Shown: positions 59,102 to 64,000 of the stretch, one piece after another
Numbering within the stretch: the stretch's first letter is position 1
How the letters are laid out: every line of letters begins with the position of its first letter
Program-made: the position numbers and the translations under genes
NCBI RefSeq assembly: GCF_024502345.1
Contig: NZ_JALDNN010000001.1
Source: Escherichia coli
GTDB lineage: Bacteria > Pseudomonadota > Gammaproteobacteria > Enterobacterales > Enterobacteriaceae
Length of the DNA: 64,000 bases
Direction: 5' to 3' (one strand)
Notes under the pieces: model-generated
Told to the model about the DNA's origin: nothing
Databases searched by the model: none
Seen by the model: only the letters and a program-made list of their open reading frames with translations

Positions 59102-60457
59102 TTAACGGTGCAACCAGCCTGGCAGCCAGTCGCCGTGGGCGGCAATCAGGTCGTCAACAAGAGCATATATTTCGTCAATGCCCAGCACGGCGGCAGTATG
59201 CGGGTCCATCATCGCGGCGTGGTAAACACGGTCGCGATTTTCCGTAAGAATAGCTTCGGTCAGCAGCGTCTGTACGTTAATGTTGGTTTGCATCAGGGCG
59301 GCCAGATGCGAAGGTAGCGTACCGACTTTGGTCGGCTGAATGCCATTAGCATCAACCAGACAGGCTACTTCCACGCAACATCCTTGTGGCAGGTTATCAA
59401 TCAAACCATCGTTACGGACGTTGCCGTAAATCACACTCGGCTCGCCCGTCCAGATAGCGTTCATGATTGTGCTGGCATATTCCCGTGACGGTTTAATATC
59501 AATCCGGGAGGCGTTTTTATACTCCTCCAGCTCTTTATGCCAGTTCGCCAGCTGCTCGACGCAGCGTTTCGGGTACTCATCCAGCGGTACTTTATAACGC
59601 TCAATCAAATCCTCACGACCTGGCTTAATAAACCACGGTGTGTACTCAGCAAAATGTTCTGACGATTCCGTGACGAAATAGCCCAGCTTTTTGAACATTT
59701 CGTAGCGCACAATATTCTGGCAGCGAGTATTGCCATGAATATTCGGCTTCGGTGCCTGCCCTGCGTCATAAGCCGCCAGCAGTTCCGGGTAGAGATTCAC
59801 GTAACTGCCGTCGGCGGTTTTGCGCTCCAGCTCCAGGTAAAACGCCATATGGTTGATACCTGCGCAACGGTAACGCAGCGTAGCCGGGTCGATATTGAGG
59901 TCACGCGCCAGCTCTTCCGCCGTTCCCTGCACCGAATGGCACAGCCCGACCTGTTTGATATGCGGATAGCGGGCATACATCGCCCAGGTATTCATCGCCA
60001 TTGGGTTAACATAGTTGAGCATGGTGGCATCGGGGCAGACTTCCGTCATGTCCTCGCAAATTTGCCACAGATGCGGAATGGTACGTAGCGCGCGCATAAT
60101 ACCGCCCGGCCCCAACGTATCGGCAATGGTTTGTTCCAGACCATGCCGCTTACAGACCTCGAAATCAGTCACCGTGCAAGGTTCATAACCGCCAATCTGA
60201 AATGCCACCACGACAAAATCGGCATCCTCTAAGGCTTCTTTCTGTTGGGTGTGGCAGGTGATTTTGCCGCTGGCCCCTGCTGAATCCATCAGCTTACGCA
60301 CCACAATATGCGACTCTTCCAGGCGGGTGGGGTCAATGTCCATCAGGGCAATATGCGCCGTTTTCAGCGCCTCGCGATGGAACACATCACCAAGAATATT
60401 TTTAACGAAAATCGTCGAACCAGCGCCGATAAATGTAATTTTGGGTGCAGACATCAT
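59102..60457 (-). CDS. melA: Alpha-galactosidase MelA
   Basis: 451 aa, MMSAPKITFIGAGSTIFVKNILGDVFHREALK... Confidence 0.95.
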   Translation of the reverse strand: MMSAPKITFIGAGSTIFVKNILGDVFHREALKTAHIALMDIDPTRLEESHIVVRKLMDSAGASGKITCHTQQKEALEDADFVVVAFQIGGYEPCTVTDFEVCKRHGLEQTIADTLGPGGIMRALRTIPHLWQICEDMTEVCPDATMLNYVNPMAMNTWAMYARYPHIKQVGLCHSVQGTAEELARDLNIDPATLRYRCAGINHMAFYLELERKTADGSYVNLYPELLAAYDAGQAPKPNIHGNTRCQNIVRYEMFKKLGYFVTESSEHFAEYTPWFIKPGREDLIERYKVPLDEYPKRCVEQLANWHKELEEYKNASRIDIKPSREYASTIMNAIWTGEPSVIYGNVRNDGLIDNLPQGCCVEVACLVDANGIQPTKVGTLPSHLAALMQTNINVQTLLTEAILTENRDRVYHAAMMDPHTAAVLGIDEIYALVDDLIAAHGDWLPGWLHR

Positions 60458-60739
60458 GCAGATCTCCTGGCTTGCTTGAATAACTTCATCATGGCAGGCG
60501 AATCTGCAGAAAACCTCCGGCTTCCAGGTTGAGCATTCCCATAAACTCAGATCCTGCGTGAAGCAGCAGTAAATCTGAGTTTATGGGAATAATTTACCTG
60601 AAAAGCAGAGTTTTCGGCCTCATGATGCTCGGACACTCCCCTCGCCCCTCTGGGAAGAGGGTGAAAACCGTGCTCCCACTCGCAGTCATCCTCCCTCACT
60701 CCTGCCATAATTCTGATATTCCAGGAAAGAGAGCCATCC
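60458..60739. promoter_or_regulatory. Divergent melAB / melR control region (MelR and CRP sites expected)
   Basis: Assigned by position between melA and melR. Individual operator sites were not resolved by eye. Confidence 0.5.
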
Positions 60740-61648
60740 ATGAATACAGATACGTTTATGTGCAGCAGCGACGAAAAACAGACCCGCAGCCCGCTGTCGC
60801 TGTATTCGGAATACCAGCGGATGGAGATTGAGTTTCGCGCACCGCATATCATGCCCACCAGCCACTGGCATGGTCAGGTCGAAGTGAATGTGCCTTTCGA
60901 TGGCGATGTGGAATACCTGATCAACAATGAAAAAGTGAATATCAATCAGGGTCATATCACGCTGTTCTGGGCCTGTACACCGCACCAACTAACAGATACC
61001 GGAACCTGTCAGAGCATGGCGATTTTTAATCTGCCGATGCATCTGTTTCTCTCCTGGCCGCTGGATAAAGACCTGATTAACCACGTCACTCACGGCATGG
61101 TGATCAAATCACTGGCCACACAGCAACTTAGCCCGTTTGAAGTGCGCCGCTGGCAGCAGGAATTAAACAGTCCGAACGAGCAAATTCGCCAGCTCGCCAT
61201 TGATGAAATTGGCCTGATGCTCAAGCGATTTAGCCTCTCTGGCTGGGAACCGATTCTGGTCAATAAAACCTCGCGCACACACAAAAACAGCGTCTCGCGC
61301 CATGCGCAATTTTATGTTAGCCAGATGCTGGGCTTTATTGCCGAAAACTATGATCAGGCGCTGACCATCAACGATGTGGCTGAGCACGTCAAACTTAACG
61401 CCAACTATGCAATGGGGATATTCCAGCGGGTCATGCAATTGACGATGAAACAGTACATTACCGCGATGCGCATCAACCACGTTCGCGCGTTACTGAGCGA
61501 TACCGATAAAAGTATTCTCGATATTGCCCTGACGGCAGGCTTTCGTTCAAGTAGTCGTTTTTACAGCACGTTCGGCAAATATGTCGGCATGTCGCCGCAA
61601 CAATACCGCAAACTTAGCCAACAGCGCCGCCAGACGTTTCCCGGCTAA
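60740..61648 (+). CDS. melR: AraC-family melibiose regulator MelR
   Basis: 302 aa, MNTDTFMCSSDEKQTRSPLSLYSEYQRMEIEFRAPHIMPTSHWHGQVEVNVPF... Confidence 0.95.
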   Translation: MNTDTFMCSSDEKQTRSPLSLYSEYQRMEIEFRAPHIMPTSHWHGQVEVNVPFDGDVEYLINNEKVNINQGHITLFWACTPHQLTDTGTCQSMAIFNLPMHLFLSWPLDKDLINHVTHGMVIKSLATQQLSPFEVRRWQQELNSPNEQIRQLAIDEIGLMLKRFSLSGWEPILVNKTSRTHKNSVSRHAQFYVSQMLGFIAENYDQALTINDVAEHVKLNANYAMGIFQRVMQLTMKQYITAMRINHVRALLSDTDKSILDIALTAGFRSSSRFYSTFGKYVGMSPQQYRKLSQQRRQTFPG

Positions 61649-61846
61649 AGACGATATCAGTATCAGCCAAAAAAATAGTTTAGCCGTCGATAATAAGCAG
61701 TGAAAATAATTTAAAATAATCACATAACGCATTGTTTATAAAAATAAATATTTCAAAAATGTTTGTTTTTCACGCGCTTTACAGCCCGAAAAGGCCGGAA
61801 GATACTTGCCCGCAACGAAGATTCCTTCATAACCGGGTAAGCAATG

Positions 61847-64000
61847 ATGAAAGTATTAATTGTTGAAAGCGAGTTTCTCCATCAAGACACCTGGGTCGGT
61901 AACGCCGTTGAGCGTCTGGCAGATGCTTTAAGCCAGCAAAATGTTACCGTGATTAAATCCACCTCCTTTGATGATGGTTTTGCCATTCTCTCTTCAAACG
62001 AAGCCATTGACTGCCTGATGTTCAGCTATCAAATGGAACATCCGGACGAACATCAAAACGTCAGACAATTGATCGGTAAGCTTCATAAGCGCCAACAAAA
62101 CGTGCCGGTCTTCCTGTTGGGCGATCGGGAAAAAGCCCTCGCCGCAATGGACCGGGATCTGCTGGAGCTTGTCGATGAATTCGCCTGGATTCTGGAAGAT
62201 ACCGCCGACTTTATCGCCGGACGCGCCGTTGCCGCGATGACCCGCTACCGCCAGCAGCTGTTGCCGCCACTGTTCAGCGCGCTGATGAAATATAGTGACA
62301 TCCATGAATATTCCTGGGCAGCGCCAGGCCACCAGGGCGGCGTTGGTTTTACCAAAACACCCGCCGGACGTTTCTACCATGACTACTATGGTGAAAATCT
62401 GTTCCGCACCGACATGGGCATCGAACGAACTTCCCTCGGTTCTTTGCTTGACCATACTGGCGCATTTGGCGAAAGCGAAAAATATGCCGCACGCGTATTT
62501 GGTGCCGATCGCTCCTGGTCGGTAGTCGTCGGTACTTCCGGCTCTAACCGCACCATCATGCAGGCTTGCATGACCGATAACGATGTCGTGGTCGTTGACC
62601 GTAACTGCCATAAATCCATCGAACAAGGTTTGATGCTGACAGGCGCGAAACCGGTCTATATGGTGCCAAGCCGCAACCGCTACGGCATTATCGGGCCAAT
62701 CTATCCGCAGGAAATGCAACCTGAAACCTTGCAGAAGAAAATCAGTGAAAGCCCGCTGACCAAAGACAAAGCCGGGCAAAAACCGTCTTACTGCGTGGTG
62801 ACCAACTGCACCTATGACGGCGTGTGTTATAACGCTAAAGAAGCGCAGGATCTGCTGGAAAAAACCTCCGATCGTCTGCACTTTGACGAAGCCTGGTACG
62901 GCTATGCACGTTTCAACCCGATCTATGCCGATCACTATGCCATGCGCGGCGAACCTGGCGATCACAACGGTCCTACCGTTTTCGCCACCCACTCCACCCA
63001 CAAACTGCTGAATGCGCTTTCACAGGCTTCTTATATTCATGTACGTGAAGGTCGTGGGGCGATTAACTTCTCCCGCTTCAACCAGGCCTACATGATGCAT
63101 GCCACCACCTCCCCGCTGTATGCCATCTGCGCATCCAACGACGTGGCGGTGTCGATGATGGACGGCAACAGCGGCCTGTCACTGACGCAGGAAGTGATCG
63201 ACGAAGCGGTTGATTTCCGTCAGGCGATGGCGCGGCTGTATAAAGAGTTCACCGCTGACGGTAGCTGGTTCTTCAAACCGTGGAACAAAGAAGTCGTCAC
63301 CGACCCACAAACCGGCAAAACCTATGACTTTGCTGACGCACAAACCAAACTGCTGACCACCGTTCAGGACTGCTGGGTAATGCATCCGGGCGAAAGCTGG
63401 CACGGCTTCAAAGATATTCCGGATAACTGGAGTATGCTCGACCCGATTAAAGTCAGCATCCTTGCTCCGGGAATGGGTGAAGATGGTGAACTGGAAGAAA
63501 CCGGTGTTCCGGCGGCGCTGGTCACTGCCTGGCTTGGTCGCCACGGCATTGTGCCTACCCGCACCACTGACTTCCAAATTATGTTCCTGTTCTCTATGGG
63601 CGTAACCCGTGGGAAATGGGGGACTCTGGTTAACACCCTTTGCTCCTTCAAACGCCACTATGACGCCAACACACCGCTGGCGCAGGTGATGCCGGAACTT
63701 GTTGAACAATATCCTGACACTTACGCGAACATGGGGATTCACGATCTGGGTGACACCATGTTTGCCTGGCTGAAAGAAAACAACCCTGGCGCACGGTTGA
63801 ACGAAGCCTATTCCGGCCTGCCGGTGGCGGAAATCACCCCGCGTGAAGCGTACAACGCGATTGTCGACAACAATGTCGAACTGGTATCCATTGAAAATCT
63901 GCCAGGACGCATCGCGGCAAACTCAGTTATCCCGTATCCGCCAGGAATCCCGATGCTGCTGTCTGGTGAAAACTTCGGCGATAAAAACAGTCCGCAAGTA
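61847..64000 (+). CDS. adiA: Biodegradative (acid-inducible) arginine decarboxylase AdiA; 3' end beyond the window
   Basis: Not in the ORF track because it has no in-window stop. The frame from ATG 61847 (a second ATG at 61844 is also in frame) reads MKVLIVESEFLHQDTWVGNAVERLADALSQQNVTVIKS...PGIPMLLSGENFGDKNSPQV and stays open to nt 64000. Confidence 0.93.
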   Translation, partial: MKVLIVESEFLHQDTWVGNAVERLADALSQQNVTVIKSTSFDDGFAILSSNEAIDCLMFSYQMEHPDEHQNVRQLIGKLHKRQQNVPVFLLGDREKALAAMDRDLLELVDEFAWILEDTADFIAGRAVAAMTRYRQQLLPPLFSALMKYSDIHEYSWAAPGHQGGVGFTKTPAGRFYHDYYGENLFRTDMGIERTSLGSLLDHTGAFGESEKYAARVFGADRSWSVVVGTSGSNRTIMQACMTDNDVVVVDRNCHKSIEQGLMLTGAKPVYMVPSRNRYGIIGPIYPQEMQPETLQKKISESPLTKDKAGQKPSYCVVTNCTYDGVCYNAKEAQDLLEKTSDRLHFDEAWYGYARFNPIYADHYAMRGEPGDHNGPTVFATHSTHKLLNALSQASYIHVREGRGAINFSRFNQAYMMHATTSPLYAICASNDVAVSMMDGNSGLSLTQEVIDEAVDFRQAMARLYKEFTADGSWFFKPWNKEVVTDPQTGKTYDFADAQTKLLTTVQDCWVMHPGESWHGFKDIPDNWSMLDPIKVSILAPGMGEDGELEETGVPAALVTAWLGRHGIVPTRTTDFQIMFLFSMGVTRGKWGTLVNTLCSFKRHYDANTPLAQVMPELVEQYPDTYANMGIHDLGDTMFAWLKENNPGARLNEAYSGLPVAEITPREAYNAIVDNNVELVSIENLPGRIAANSVIPYPPGIPMLLSGENFGDKNSPQV

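Noticed and set aside
61994-63001. A 335-aa minus-strand ORF, plus 63179-63742 (187 aa), listed in the ORF track
   Set aside because: Both are antisense shadows of adiA, whose plus-strand frame is open from 61847 to the window end and matches the known protein. The ORF track omits adiA only because it has no in-window stop.

Overview
This is an E. coli/Shigella-type chromosome segment. All calls come from reading the sequence and ORF translations by eye; no search, HMM or folding was run. The right ~13.3 kb (50.7-64.0 kb) is conserved core: dcuS-dcuR, dcuB, fumB, yjdF, melB-melA (minus strand), melR, and adiA, which runs off the right edge. The left ~49.7 kb is a decayed, IS-riddled composite genomic island. 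It ends at a 22-nt direct repeat of the tRNA-Phe 3' end (49708-49729) followed by the tRNA terminator. An IS1 without target duplication (49862-50629) then abuts dcuS directly. By K-12 gene order, the whole cadCBA-dtpC-lysU-ghoST-yjdIJ block is therefore missing, a Shigella/EIEC-style 'black hole'. The island looks like three tandem CP4-57/CP4-6-like modules. Their heads carry YfjJ/YagK-family genes (six paralogs), AlpA, YfjH-like RHH proteins and long AT-rich non-coding regions. One complete tail is present: GTPase, DUF905, DUF932, antirestriction, RadC, DUF987, CbeA/CbtA, YeeW and DUF4942. Mobile-element wreckage separates the modules. It includes an IS3-family element carrying both a complete group II intron and an IS30, fragments of IS256-family, IS100 and IS2-like elements, and a frameshifted T6SS tssB stub. 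The most interesting content is a ~10.9 kb lower-GC cassette (about 18.5-29.4 kb) that cuts off a DUF932 gene. It is a single minus-strand gene string: Xis/MerR-type HTH, an SNF2 helicase with a long uncharacterised C-terminal region, an Abi_2 (HEPN) protein, an AIPR protein, and Type III Mod and Res. Each part belongs to a recognisable family, but I do not recognise the coupled architecture as a named system, so it is my top candidate for an undescribed composite anti-phage system. Secondary candidates are a solo Mrr-like nuclease (37011-37889), a WYL-regulator operon of envelope proteins, a tandem zinc-ribbon pair, an in-frame extended CbeA antitoxin, and iteron-like repeat arrays. No intact tRNA, rRNA, CRISPR array or integrase is visible in the window.
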